Of a stretch of 64,000 bases of DNA, positions 49,569 through 59,226 are shown in pieces. The DNA is from Candidatus Altiarchaeales archaeon (GTDB taxonomy: Archaea; Altiarchaeota; Altiarchaeia; IMC4; SCGC-AAA252-I15): contig WJMO01000005.1 in the NCBI GenBank assembly GCA_014727915.1, positions 96,001 to 160,000 of the forward strand, in the 5' to 3' direction. Below the pieces are notes generated by a model that worked only from the letters and a program-made list of their open reading frames with translations, had not been told where the DNA came from and did no database searches. Each line of letters begins with the position of its first letter. Position 1 is the stretch's first letter. Position numbers and translations under genes: made by a program.

Positions 49569-50961
49569 CGCAGAGACGATAGGCGACTTTCAGGAGGTAA
49601 TCAGGAAGTTCATCGAGAAGATGGGCTTTGAGGTCGAGTCCAGCGAGATGCTGGTTGATGGTAGCGTGGACTTCAAGGCCAAGACCAACAATCCCATGGG
49701 GGGTAGGGTTCTTTCGATAATACGCGCCTCCGCGTTCACACGGATGATCGGCGAATCAGACGTTGAATCCCTCGAGGAGGCTATGAGGCGGGCTGGTGCT
49801 GTGCGGGCTGCTTACATAACGACCTCAGGCTTCAGCGAGAGCGCTGTAGAATCTGCCAAGGGCAAGCCCATAAGCCTCATAAACAAGTACCAGCTTATGG
49901 ACAGCATCGAGAAGCGGGGTCTGGCAACGGACAAGGACCTTATGGAGTCCCTCGACCGATACGGGCTAGCTGAGAAGCACTTTCAGGGGATAGAGCAGTC
50001 TTTCACACCCTCAAAGAAGGACGAGGACGTCCGCGAGTTCTTCGAGTCTAAGAGGCGGAAGGACGAGAAGCTTGTGAAGGTCAGGCTGAGGTATGCGCCG
50101 GTGTCCGTGCTGAGGGTCGTGACCATGAAGGACGTCTGGACGTCGGACCAGACGCTCCGCAGCGTGGAGAAAAAGGACTATCTGTTCGTCAACCTGAACA
50201 ACCTGGAACTCTATTATCTCATGCAGAAAAGAAGGAAGAACAAGACAGAATATACCTTCATGAAATCGGACATAATTCGTAAGATACACGATCTTCCAGA
50301 ATATTCCAAGCAGCATCTTCTCGACCTGCTGGACCACGGCGACCTGCCGATCGAGGACTTGGAGGGCAAGGAGCTGTCCATATTGAAGAATAAGAAGGTC
50401 ATCGAGATATATGAGGGCAAGAGGACAGGCCCCAGCGAGTTCGTAGACTACCTTGAGATGGCATTGAACAGCATCTTGGAGACCATAAACATAATCATCA
50501 ACGAGGTGTTGATAGGATTGGCTTCCATGGGCGAGGGCTCGGAGTCTCCGGGAGTGAAGGAGGAGAAACCCCAGAAGAAGGTGTCGGCCCAGATAAACAT
50601 GCCCCACTTCCACGGGGGCATCTACGACATATGGAAGCATCTGCGCACTGAGGACGGTGTTCGCATGGACGCTGAGATGGACCCTCTGATATACTCCTCG
50701 AAGACTGTTGCCCTGATGTTAAAAAGCATATTCAACGCCACTGTGAAACCGCAGGGCCTAATCTTCATGCCATATCACAGGGCCAAGTATGTCGAACCGA
50801 AATCCAAAAAGGTCACGAAATATGAGATACTAATGGCTCCGAGGTTCAAGGAACCGTCGAAGGAGGAGCCCGGGGAGCCTAAGAAGAGGGAGGTCCGGGT
50901 TACTCCGAAGATCAAGGCCAGGAGGAAGCCCATTGCAGGCGAGTTCAAACTGATAAAATAA
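49561..50961 (+). CDS. Second Mrr-like domain protein, paralogue of upstream gene
   Basis: F..VI..F.EKMGFEV, DGSVDF and AAYITTSGFSESA...ISLI; shares YAPV, F(I/V)NL and I(Y/F)MPY with the upstream protein. Confidence 0.72.
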   Translation: MGDAETIGDFQEVIRKFIEKMGFEVESSEMLVDGSVDFKAKTNNPMGGRVLSIIRASAFTRMIGESDVESLEEAMRRAGAVRAAYITTSGFSESAVESAKGKPISLINKYQLMDSIEKRGLATDKDLMESLDRYGLAEKHFQGIEQSFTPSKKDEDVREFFESKRRKDEKLVKVRLRYAPVSVLRVVTMKDVWTSDQTLRSVEKKDYLFVNLNNLELYYLMQKRRKNKTEYTFMKSDIIRKIHDLPEYSKQHLLDLLDHGDLPIEDLEGKELSILKNKKVIEIYEGKRTGPSEFVDYLEMALNSILETINIIINEVLIGLASMGEGSESPGVKEEKPQKKVSAQINMPHFHGGIYDIWKHLRTEDGVRMDAEMDPLIYSSKTVALMLKSIFNATVKPQGLIFMPYHRAKYVEPKSKKVTKYEILMAPRFKEPSKEEPGEPKKREVRVTPKIKARRKPIAGEFKLIK

Positions 50962-50992
50962 TACGCTCCTATGGAATAGAATATCCGGTTTC

Positions 50993-51631
50993 CTAGTCGC
51001 TTTCAGGCTCCTCGTATTCGTGCTCGTCCTTTTTAGGCCTTGTCTTGCCTGTAAAGTTGCCTCCGCGGTCTACTGTGCGAGTCGTCTCTTTTGGCGTGTG
51101 CTCCCCGCATACGTCATAGTATATGACCGTGGTCTCGGTTACCTGCTCCCTGCCCAGGCTTTCGAACTCAGCTTCCTCGGGCCGTACCAGAGTCGAATAC
51201 CTGCTGGGCTTCCAAACCTTGCCCGGTGGCTCTATCTCAACAACTCTGCTCTGCACCTGGGACAGCCTTGACACCATCGGCTTCTCACCGGAGAAGTTCC
51301 ATGAAACGTTGAACTCCATGCTCTCCCCCTCTTCAAGCTTGTGTATCATGTCACTCATCAGCCTGGGGTTGGCTTCGCCCTCCCTCAATATAACTGGTAT
51401 GTCCCTCTTTTCCCCGGCCATCAGAGCACGGGTCTTCTTGCTATCCCTCTCAGGGTCCTCTATGATCGCGAGATTCTCCTTTGAAAAAACTTGTTTTGGG
51501 GGGAACAGCTTAGCAACCTCGGCTTCGTCCATGCGGGCTATGTCAAAGGGCTTGGGTGTTGAGGATGGGGGGATTTGAACATGTGGTTTTTCGCTCCTCC
51601 TTAAAGCCCTCTCTAAGCCTTTGCTCTTCAT
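50993..51631 (-). CDS. Orphan hypothetical protein
   Basis: 212-aa ORF with a TTTATAAA box ~25 nt upstream; no recognised motif. Confidence 0.6.
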   Translation of the reverse strand: MKSKGLERALRRSEKPHVQIPPSSTPKPFDIARMDEAEVAKLFPPKQVFSKENLAIIEDPERDSKKTRALMAGEKRDIPVILREGEANPRLMSDMIHKLEEGESMEFNVSWNFSGEKPMVSRLSQVQSRVVEIEPPGKVWKPSRYSTLVRPEEAEFESLGREQVTETTVIYYDVCGEHTPKETTRTVDRGGNFTGKTRPKKDEHEYEEPESD

Positions 51632-51668
51632 GCGTTAATATCTGGGAAGAAACCGTTTATAAACAGAT

Positions 51669-52625
51669 TTAGAAAAAATCTCGGAGGTTTTTTAGCACCC
51701 ATATCCTTCTGGTCAGGCTTTTGTGCATTCTCACGTCATGGCTCCCGACAATCTCGTATCCCTCAGTGTTTGGTTCGTAGGTTGCGGGCATCACGATGGA
51801 GATGTGGGACCCCGCCTCCAAGAGCCTGTGCGCTCTTCTTATGAACCCGTCGTATAATCCTGTGACTTCATCTGTGGTGTAGGATGCTCTGCCATATGGT
51901 GGGTCTGTGACTATGGCGTCCACGACCTTTGAACCGGTGAGAGCATCCTCTGAAATGACCTCTCCTTCTATTCCGTATTCTCTAAGGTTTCGCCTGCACC
52001 CTGCGACCATCCTCCGGTCGACGTCCCACCCGGCCACCTTCAAACCCATCAAACCAGCTTCTATTAGGATGCCTCCGGTACCGCAGAAGGGGTCTAATAC
52101 CGTGTCCCCCGGCCTCACACGTGCCAGGTTCACCAGGGCCCGGGCGAGTTTGGGGTGCATGCTCGTAGGGTGGAAGTAGGGCCTGTGCTGGGGCCTTCTC
52201 TTCTCATATTCCCTATCTAAGGGGGTTTTCAGCCCTGCCAGGTGTCTTCCCCTGAATTCGACCATGACGATGTCTGCCTCCGGGTTGCTCAAGTCCACGG
52301 ATAGTCCCATCTTATGGAGTATCTCTCCGAACTTAACCTGCACGTCCGGGGGTCCTCTCACACGGAACGAGTTCACGTCGCCTATCTCATCGTAGACTTC
52401 GCCCGCCAGCTCCTCCAGGCTATCCGATTCTCCCAGGTATTCCGCCGCCTTCAGCGTGTAGGCCAGGCGCTGGAGGAACCTGGGGTCTTCGCCGACGACA
52501 TCCAGGACGACAGTCCTTCCTTCAACTTCAAACGACCACTCCAGCATCTCACCCTCCAAGACAGCCTCCAACTCCGCAGTTGGAAGTCTCTCATGCTCGC
52601 CGGAGATTCTCAGGATGTGCTTCAT
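51669..52625 (-). CDS. trm11: tRNA (guanine-10-N2) methyltransferase, THUMP + MTase (Trm11/TrmG10)
   Basis: SGEH-x2-LP-x2-E, RPYFHPTSMHPKLARALVNL, DPFCGTGG, TDPPYG and HKSLTR motifs. Start is ATG 52625. Confidence 0.9.
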   Translation of the reverse strand: MKHILRISGEHERLPTAELEAVLEGEMLEWSFEVEGRTVVLDVVGEDPRFLQRLAYTLKAAEYLGESDSLEELAGEVYDEIGDVNSFRVRGPPDVQVKFGEILHKMGLSVDLSNPEADIVMVEFRGRHLAGLKTPLDREYEKRRPQHRPYFHPTSMHPKLARALVNLARVRPGDTVLDPFCGTGGILIEAGLMGLKVAGWDVDRRMVAGCRRNLREYGIEGEVISEDALTGSKVVDAIVTDPPYGRASYTTDEVTGLYDGFIRRAHRLLEAGSHISIVMPATYEPNTEGYEIVGSHDVRMHKSLTRRIWVLKNLRDFF

Positions 52626-52704
52626 TGGTATAGAATACTCGCACGTGCTTTTATCTGTTCTATCATCCTCCTTTTTTAGGCCTTGTTCATTCATTATTTC
52701 TACC

Positions 52705-54093
52705 GTGGCCGATGAAGACCTGGATGTTATGATAGGGATGGAGATCCATGTTCCGTTGAAAACCCAGCGGAAGCTCTTCTGCGACTGCCCCATCAACTAC
52801 TGGGATGTGGAGGAGCCTAACCTGAACACCTGTCCGGTGTGCACGGGAATGCCGGGTTCGAAGCCCTACCCCCTGAACGAGGGTGCTGTCGAGGCCGCTG
52901 TCATGATCGCGGAGCTACTAGAATGCGAGATAGCCAGGGATAACGTCTTCGTGAAACGCAAACACTATGACTACCCAGACCTGCCCTCCGGCTATCAGAG
53001 GACTAGCGAGCCGATAGGGGTCGAGGGAAGGGTGGGGGATGTCGGGATATGGGAGGTGCACTTGGAGGAGGACCCGGGCAGGTACGATCTTAAGACTGGC
53101 AACGTGGATTACAACCGTAGTGGAGTGCCGTTGATAGAGATAGTTTCCGCGCCGGACATGAAGGGACCGGCCGAGGTGCGGGATTTCATGAGGGAGCTGG
53201 TCAACATACTCAGATACTCTGAGAGGGTAGTGGACGTGGGCGGGGTGATGAGGGCTGACGTCAACATCAGCATAAAAGGCGGGGCCAAGGTCGAGATAAA
53301 GAACATCAACTCTGTTGCAGGGGCGTTCAAGGCTCTCCAGTATGAGATAATAAGGCAGAAGAACATGATGGCCCGGGGGGCGGTCGTACGCCAGGAGACC
53401 CGAGGCTTCGACGAGAAGACCCAGGTTACCAGGCCCCAACGGGTCAAGGAGACGGCCGCAGACTACCGTTACATCCCCGACCCGGACATACCACCGCAAC
53501 ATTTCACGGAAGAATACACCGCTTCCATCGAACTCCCGGAGACCCCCCAGCTGAGGCGCAAACGCCTAATAGAAGAATATGGGGTCAGGGAGGACTACGC
53601 TCAGACGATGGTCCGCGACAAGGACATAGCAGACCTGTTCGAGGAGGTGAAAGGCGGTGTGGGTGTGGAGCTCGCATCCATGTGGATATGCCGGGAGGTG
53701 CTAAGGCAGCTGAACTACCGGAGCATCGACCTCAGGGAGTCGAAGCTATCGGCAGCGATAATGGTAGAGCTGCTGAAGCTGCTGGAGTCCGATGAGATAA
53801 CCGAGAACGTGGGCAAGAAGCTGCTGGAGCGGGTTATCGACTCCGGAGAGAGTCCCTCCAAGATCGTGGAAGAAGAGCGTTTGGGCAGGGTTTCGGGCGA
53901 GGGGGAGCTGTCCTCCGTGGTTGACGAGGTCATAGGCGAGAATGTTAAGGCAGTTGCCGACTACAAGTCAGGGGAGAAAACTGCGCTGAACTTCCTGATG
54001 GGCGCGGTCATGAAGAAGATGAGGGGCCGGGCCGACTCCAAGGTGGTATTGGAGCTGCTCGGCCGCCGCCTCGACGATGACAGCGGCCGATGA
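52705..54093 (+). CDS. gatB: Asp-tRNA(Asn)/Glu-tRNA(Gln) amidotransferase subunit B
   Basis: IGMEIHV, KLFC, RKHYDYPDLP, HLEED, DYNRSGVPLIEIV, VEIKNINS and DYRY-x-PDPD motifs. GTG start at 52705. Confidence 0.95.
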   Translation: MADEDLDVMIGMEIHVPLKTQRKLFCDCPINYWDVEEPNLNTCPVCTGMPGSKPYPLNEGAVEAAVMIAELLECEIARDNVFVKRKHYDYPDLPSGYQRTSEPIGVEGRVGDVGIWEVHLEEDPGRYDLKTGNVDYNRSGVPLIEIVSAPDMKGPAEVRDFMRELVNILRYSERVVDVGGVMRADVNISIKGGAKVEIKNINSVAGAFKALQYEIIRQKNMMARGAVVRQETRGFDEKTQVTRPQRVKETAADYRYIPDPDIPPQHFTEEYTASIELPETPQLRRKRLIEEYGVREDYAQTMVRDKDIADLFEEVKGGVGVELASMWICREVLRQLNYRSIDLRESKLSAAIMVELLKLLESDEITENVGKKLLERVIDSGESPSKIVEEERLGRVSGEGELSSVVDEVIGENVKAVADYKSGEKTALNFLMGAVMKKMRGRADSKVVLELLGRRLDDDSGR

Positions 54094-54132
54094 GGCCTGC
54101 AGCTCAGGCTAAAATAGTTTCAGGTACATGAC

Positions 54133-55224
54133 ATGAAAGACGAGGACGACCCGTTCCTGGCGGTGGTTGACTTCCTGAGCGGAAAGGACAAACGCGCAGT
54201 CGACTTCGGGTTGAAGCTGGAATCCCTATATGTCTCGGTCATGTCAAACCTCTACATGATCGCATACCTGCTGCTCTCATCGCTGGCCCTCCTAATGCTG
54301 TCCTCCTCCTTCATGATAGCCTCGGAAAACGATTCTCTGCGGAGCATGGGAGCCCTATTGCACGTTTTCGCAGGCCTGTCATTCCTCTGCCACCAGCTCC
54401 CATATAGGAGCTTCATATTCGACGGTGTGCCCATGGCAGTCTGCGCACGGGACACTGGCATATACCTGGGGGCGATACTGGGCTTCGCAACGGTCCTCAG
54501 AGATGAGAACCCCCCGCTATTCAGGAAGATGATATTCCCCCTTGCGTGCGCGTTGCCCATAGGATTGGACGGGGTGACACAGACCGTGCTGCTGCTGAGG
54601 GAGAGCAACAACGTCCTACGGCTTATAACAGGGCTGATATTCTCATTCGGCCTGCTGGCATACCTCGGTAACAGGCTGCTTCTCTCATGGTATCCTGACT
54701 TCAAATCCCGCGTACTGGACTTTAGGGCGATAGTTCCGGACTTGGCGGTCGTTGCATTCGTCATATGGTTGATGTTCTCAACTGCAGCGGATAACCTGGA
54801 CTTCGACTACCTCAGCAGGTCCGAAGCCATCCAACTCGCCAAGTATGAGGTTGGAATTGCCGAACCCGAGGCGGCCAAGGCATACTACATACCCTCGAAG
54901 TCGCCCATCAGCATCGTGGCAGACCCTCACGAGGGAGCCTCAAACGACCTAATAGTGTCCGATGTTCGCTCAAGCGAATGGGCGAAGGACTTGGTAGACA
55001 TATTCACTGGCGATAAATCCGTGAACTACACCTACGGTGACAGGCCCACCACCGAATTCATATCCGAGATCGCCGAGAGAGAGCACAAGTTCGGAGTATG
55101 GGCGGTCGCACTGCTGGAAGAGGAGCCAAGACGGGAAAGGGCGCCCTACATATCAGAGGGGCGTGGGAAATACGCGTACATAGACGCCCTGAACCATGAG
55201 ATAATCGAAGTAAAAACCCATTGA
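54133..55224 (+). CDS. DUF2085-domain membrane protein
   Basis: LCHQLPYRSF, VCARDTGIY, P-x2-LDG-x-TQ, ESNN-x-LR-x2-TG, plus an extra C-terminal soluble domain. Confidence 0.8.
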   Translation: MKDEDDPFLAVVDFLSGKDKRAVDFGLKLESLYVSVMSNLYMIAYLLLSSLALLMLSSSFMIASENDSLRSMGALLHVFAGLSFLCHQLPYRSFIFDGVPMAVCARDTGIYLGAILGFATVLRDENPPLFRKMIFPLACALPIGLDGVTQTVLLLRESNNVLRLITGLIFSFGLLAYLGNRLLLSWYPDFKSRVLDFRAIVPDLAVVAFVIWLMFSTAADNLDFDYLSRSEAIQLAKYEVGIAEPEAAKAYYIPSKSPISIVADPHEGASNDLIVSDVRSSEWAKDLVDIFTGDKSVNYTYGDRPTTEFISEIAEREHKFGVWAVALLEEEPRRERAPYISEGRGKYAYIDALNHEIIEVKTH

Positions 55225-55258
55225 AAGGATTTAAAAGGGGTTTCCATTATAATACAAC

Positions 55259-56098
55259 ATGCAATCCAAGACACTCGTAGTCTCCATGGTCTTGTCGGTA
55301 CTGCTACTGTCAGGCTGCACCAAGGAGCCCGCATGCGATGACGGCGTCATGAACGGGCTGGAATCCGGCGTTGACTGCGGCGGGCCCTGCGCGCCCTGCA
55401 CAACTGGCGGAGGGCAGACGGCAACCGGCATTGGATGCGACATGCTCAAAGGCGATGAGAAGGACATGTGCCTCCGGGGAAAAGCCGTTGAATCAACTGA
55501 CGCCAGCGCATGCTCCGAGATAGTCGGCGCATACTGGCGGGACCTGTGCTACCGGAACATAGCATCAGAACTCAATGACACTTCCATATGCTCTGACATA
55601 GGGGAGCCCAGCATGGGCGTCGAATGCCTGAAGGAGATAGCCATAAAGCTCGAGGATGCGGGAGTCTGCGATGAGATAGGCGACGTGAACCAGAGGGACA
55701 CGTGCCTCTACAGGATCGGATTCGACCTTCGCTCCAACGAGACGTGCAGCAAGATAACCGTTGACACGTCGAAATACAGGTGTCTCGCCCTAATCAACAA
55801 GGATGAATCATACTGTGACAGCATAGCCGCGGACAAGGGCCGTGACTGGTGCTACAACCGCGTGGCTACCGTGAAGCCGGAACCCCACATCTGCGATGCC
55901 ATCACCGTTGAAGGCACCGCCGACGAATGCTACCTCCTGGTCGCGGAGAAGAAGATAAACGAGACCATATGCGGCAAACTCGACAACAGGTCACGGCTGG
56001 GAGAGTGCAGGTCGAACGTGGAAGAAGCCAGGCGGAAGATGACCGAGTTCGCAGGCAAGCTCGGCGGCGAAGTCGGGGGGATGGTGGAACCAGCATAG
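55259..56098 (+). CDS. Cys-rich repeat lipoprotein
   Basis: Lipobox LLSGC, CDDGVMNGLESGVDCGGPC-x-PC module, and about seven D-x-C...A....D...C..I repeats. Confidence 0.8.
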   Translation: MQSKTLVVSMVLSVLLLSGCTKEPACDDGVMNGLESGVDCGGPCAPCTTGGGQTATGIGCDMLKGDEKDMCLRGKAVESTDASACSEIVGAYWRDLCYRNIASELNDTSICSDIGEPSMGVECLKEIAIKLEDAGVCDEIGDVNQRDTCLYRIGFDLRSNETCSKITVDTSKYRCLALINKDESYCDSIAADKGRDWCYNRVATVKPEPHICDAITVEGTADECYLLVAEKKINETICGKLDNRSRLGECRSNVEEARRKMTEFAGKLGGEVGGMVEPA

Positions 56099-56111
56099 GT
56101 ATAAGATGTTT

Positions 56112-57113
56112 TTAGGCGCTGTTCTCTTCCTGCGCTGGTAGATACACACCCGACTCTCTCACGTGCTCTCTCACAGGCTCGAGCACCTCATCAAGAGCTG
56201 ATGCGACCATGGACTTCAAGTCCGCAGGATGCAGCTTATTTCCCCTGTAATCCGCTTCGACCTCGCTGTAGCTGCCGTACTCCACGTCCCCGCCGTATTT
56301 CTCAGGCCTCCTAACCTTCAGCGAACCCTTGCGGGGGAACAGGAGGAGCCTGCATATGTCGAGCACGGGGTTGCCTTCCGTCTCCGGCGGGCAGTACGCG
56401 GATTGTATCTTCTTCTTGATGCTCTTCCCCTCCTCGTCCACGGCGATTATCGTCTCCGGCTTGCTGGACGACATCTTAGAATCCGGGCCCTGAAGGGAGC
56501 ACAGTAGCGGAGTGTGGAGGCACACAGGCTTTTTACAATCTATCATTGGGAGGGTCTCCCTCGCCAGCATGTGTATCTTCCTCTGTTCTATCCCTCCATA
56601 GGCTACGTCAACTTTCAAGGCCTTTATGTCTACCGCCTGCATCAGTGGGTATATGACCTGGCTGACCCTAGCGTTATCTATGTCCCTCGCGACCTCCTGC
56701 ATGCTCCTCAACGCCCTGTTCATGGTGGCCTTCAAAGCAAGCTCCAGGACATCCGTCATATAGTCCTTCTCGAACTGGAACTCCGAGCCCCGGACGTACT
56801 CTGCCTTCTTGAGACCCAAGCCCTTGAAGCACTCGGTCCAGTAGAGGAGCATATCGTTTATCCAGTCCTCGCCGCCCTTCCGGTTCAACAGCGTGTGAAC
56901 GTCAGCGAACAACACCCTCACCTTGAAACCAGCCTCCTGCAGGTCCAACAGCTTCGTCGCAGTCACCATATGGCCTATGTGCACGGGACCTGACGTCTCA
57001 TAGCCGCAGTACACGGAGGGATTCGACTTCTTGAGAACATCGTCCAGCTCCTCTTCTGTAACGACCTCTACCGTGTTCCTTAGAACCAGCTCCTTGTCAA
57101 CTCCGGCGGTCAT
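56112..57113 (-). CDS. tyrS: Tyrosine-tRNA ligase (archaeal type)
   Basis: YCGYE, HIGH, YPLMQAVD, GGIEQRKIH, KMSSS and LHPADLK motifs. Confidence 0.96.
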   Translation of the reverse strand: MTAGVDKELVLRNTVEVVTEEELDDVLKKSNPSVYCGYETSGPVHIGHMVTATKLLDLQEAGFKVRVLFADVHTLLNRKGGEDWINDMLLYWTECFKGLGLKKAEYVRGSEFQFEKDYMTDVLELALKATMNRALRSMQEVARDIDNARVSQVIYPLMQAVDIKALKVDVAYGGIEQRKIHMLARETLPMIDCKKPVCLHTPLLCSLQGPDSKMSSSKPETIIAVDEEGKSIKKKIQSAYCPPETEGNPVLDICRLLLFPRKGSLKVRRPEKYGGDVEYGSYSEVEADYRGNKLHPADLKSMVASALDEVLEPVREHVRESGVYLPAQEENSA

Positions 57114-57355
57114 CCTTTAAGGGCCTCAAGTTCGCTTATGATATCCCATATGATGGTCTTAGCGTGCATTGAGATGTTAACGTCGTTGGTAATCTCGTCC
57201 AACGTGTAAATGGAAGAGGTTATCACCACGTCCAGGTTCTGATCCCCCTTCCCCAGGTCGGTTTTTATCTGCGTCAAAGCCGTCTTCACCCTCCGGGGCA
57301 TGGAATGGTCCGACAATACCTCGTCAATCTTTGTCAAAACGTCGTTAACGTCCAT
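57110..57355 (-). CDS. UPF0147 family protein
   Basis: D-x-S-x-PR-x-V, LDEI-x-ND-x-N, and H-x-KT-x-IW-x3-S-x-LE motifs. Confidence 0.85.
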   Translation of the reverse strand: MDVNDVLTKIDEVLSDHSMPRRVKTALTQIKTDLGKGDQNLDVVITSSIYTLDEITNDVNISMHAKTIIWDIISELEALKG

Positions 57356-57403
57356 CTAAACTACCTTTTACTCAGGGAATTACTGATACTTATAGGCGTT
57401 CTC

Positions 57404-57733
57404 TTAAAAAAACGTTCTCTTATACGGTACCTTAACCTCTAAAACGCCGTTTTTGCATGTGATCTCAGCATCATCCTGGCTGATCTTCCCCGTCTCATAG
57501 GTCCTTGAATACGTTATTATGCCGTTTTCAACGATCGAGATCCGTATCCCATGGTCTGAGACCCTCACCCTGAGGTCCTCCGGCCTCACACCAGGGGCCT
57601 CCGCAGCCAACACAACCCCCTCATCGTGTTCGCTCACCTCCACATATGGTTCGGGCGACTGCATCATCTGGCCTCCGACCATGTTGAACAGCTGCCTGCT
57701 CAGCCTCCACAGGAAGTCCTCGATCTCGTCCAC
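57404..57733 (-). CDS. Small heat-shock protein (Hsp20/alpha-crystallin)
   Basis: AEAPGV-x2-EDL-x-V and NGVLEV motifs. Confidence 0.8.
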   Translation of the reverse strand: MDEIEDFLWRLSRQLFNMVGGQMMQSPEPYVEVSEHDEGVVLAAEAPGVRPEDLRVRVSDHGIRISIVENGIITYSRTYETGKISQDDAEITCKNGVLEVKVPYKRTFF

Positions 57734-57768
57734 GGCTAATTAATAAACCCGCCGCCTTATTAAATAGG

Positions 57769-58356
57769 ATGGAATTGTATAGGAAAGGCGCGGAGGCGAA
57801 CCTCTACCTTGGCGATGGACGGCTCGTCAAGGAGCGGGTGGAGAAAAAATACCGGCTTCCCATGTTGGACCGGAGGCTCAGGCGCCAGCGTACCCGACGG
57901 GAGGCCAAGAACATGGAACGAGCATTGAAGGCGGGAGTACGCACGCCCAAGGTCCTTAGGGTGGACGAGAAAAAATATGCTCTGGAGATGGAGTTCTTAG
58001 GCGGAGAACTGGTGAAGGATGTGTTCGAACGCGGGGAGAAAATAGATGAAATCTCATTCGAAGTCGGTAGCATGCTAAGACGACTCCACGACTCGAAATT
58101 CGTCCACAACGACCTCACAACATCCAACCTCATATTGGGCGAGGACGGTGTTTACATGATAGACTTCGGCCTCGCATACCATACCACACGGTTGGAGGAC
58201 AAGGCCATGGACCTTGTGGTCTTCAAGAAGTCCATAATGGCAACCCACACCAGCCTCATGGACGAGATATGGGAAAACCTGCTGAAAGGCTACAAGCCAG
58301 ACAATGAAACCCTGAAGAGAGTCGAGACAATCGAGAACCGGGTACGGTACAAGTGA
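57769..58356 (+). CDS. bud32: KEOPS complex kinase Bud32
   Basis: GAEA, K-x-R-x2-K-x-YR, RTRREA, HNDLTTSN, IDFGL, EDKAMDL and terminal RY motifs. Confidence 0.93.
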   Translation: MELYRKGAEANLYLGDGRLVKERVEKKYRLPMLDRRLRRQRTRREAKNMERALKAGVRTPKVLRVDEKKYALEMEFLGGELVKDVFERGEKIDEISFEVGSMLRRLHDSKFVHNDLTTSNLILGEDGVYMIDFGLAYHTTRLEDKAMDLVVFKKSIMATHTSLMDEIWENLLKGYKPDNETLKRVETIENRVRYK

Positions 58357-58367
58357 TGCTACACCCG

Positions 58368-58979
58368 TTATTTTCCGGCGACCAGTATTCGCAGCACTTC
58401 CCTTCTGCTAATATGCTCGTCATCTGTGGCCCTGCCGATTCTGGGATCTCCGAATCTTGGGTCGCTCAAGGCGATGGATAATGCCATGCCCGTCCTAAGG
58501 TCTGATCTCACGCTGCCGGTCCCCTCCACGGTGACATCTATGTGTTTGCCCTTCGTGAAGTGCCTCTCATCCGATGCGGGTATCTCGGGTGCTCTGCTCT
58601 CTATGACCTCGGGTTCGTGGCGTTCATCATCTGCTATAAGGCTTCTCGCCTGCTCGACCATCTCAAGCAGGCTGGGTCTTGGCTCGATTCTCATATTCCC
58701 GTCTCTGCATCCTATGCTGATCTTGAAGTTCCCGCCGAGGGCTTTGTGAAGCTCCCTCAATGCCGTCAGGCGAGGGGTGTCCATGTTATAGCCCATAACT
58801 GTGCTGTGGACTATCCTATTTCCCTCAGCTCTGGCCTTAACGTCAGTGTTGTGTTCGAAAACGTCCCGGTATCTTTCGGCTGCCCTGTGCATCCACTGCC
58901 TATCCGATTCGGTGATATATACGGCTGGAACATGTTCGTCTGCCTGCCTGCCAACCTCCATGCTCTTCTCAGTTGCCAT
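58368..58979 (-). CDS. Orphan hypothetical protein
   Basis: 203-aa ORF preceded by an AT-rich promoter region; no recognised motif. Confidence 0.55.
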   Translation of the reverse strand: MATEKSMEVGRQADEHVPAVYITESDRQWMHRAAERYRDVFEHNTDVKARAEGNRIVHSTVMGYNMDTPRLTALRELHKALGGNFKISIGCRDGNMRIEPRPSLLEMVEQARSLIADDERHEPEVIESRAPEIPASDERHFTKGKHIDVTVEGTGSVRSDLRTGMALSIALSDPRFGDPRIGRATDDEHISRREVLRILVAGK

Positions 58980-59053
58980 ATCATAAATATTAGCAGGACT
59001 CCGCTAAAAACGCGTGTTTTTTATACTTTAAACACCCTATATGCTATGGAAAA

Positions 59054-59113
59054 ATGGCGTTCAAAGGTTTTTCAACCTTGGCTACTATATTAATCTGCAT
59101 TATTGGAGCATAG
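59054..59113 (+). CDS. Candidate Ile-rich leader peptide (MAFKGFSTLATILICIIGA)
   Basis: 19-codon ORF ~27 nt after a TATA element identical to that of ilvC; four Ile codons within six consecutive codons; upstream of cimA. Confidence 0.4.
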   Translation: MAFKGFSTLATILICIIGA

Positions 59114-59149
59114 GCTCCATACTCTACTCTTCTAATCAATTGGGTTCGC

Positions 59150-59189
59150 GTTTGAAGCATCCTTTTCAAAACTGTTTCAAACATTTTTT
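59150..59189 (+). terminator. Terminator-like hairpin plus T6 in cimA leader
   Basis: GTTTGAAGCA (59150-59159) pairs with TGTTTCAAAC (59173-59182), followed by ATTTTTT. The T-run may instead be part of a TATA box. Confidence 0.35.
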
Positions 59190-59226
59190 AAATAATTCAA
59201 AAAAAAATTAAACATAATATCAAAAA

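Noticed and set aside
52615-52796. Apparent head-to-head overlap of trm11 and gatB
   Set aside because: It is an artefact of longest-ORF starts; homology begins at 52625 (-) and 52705 (+).
59046-59093. Alternative uORF MEKWRSKVFQPWLLY
   Set aside because: Its ATG is probably too close to the TATA element and it has no Ile codons; it is not excluded without TSS data.
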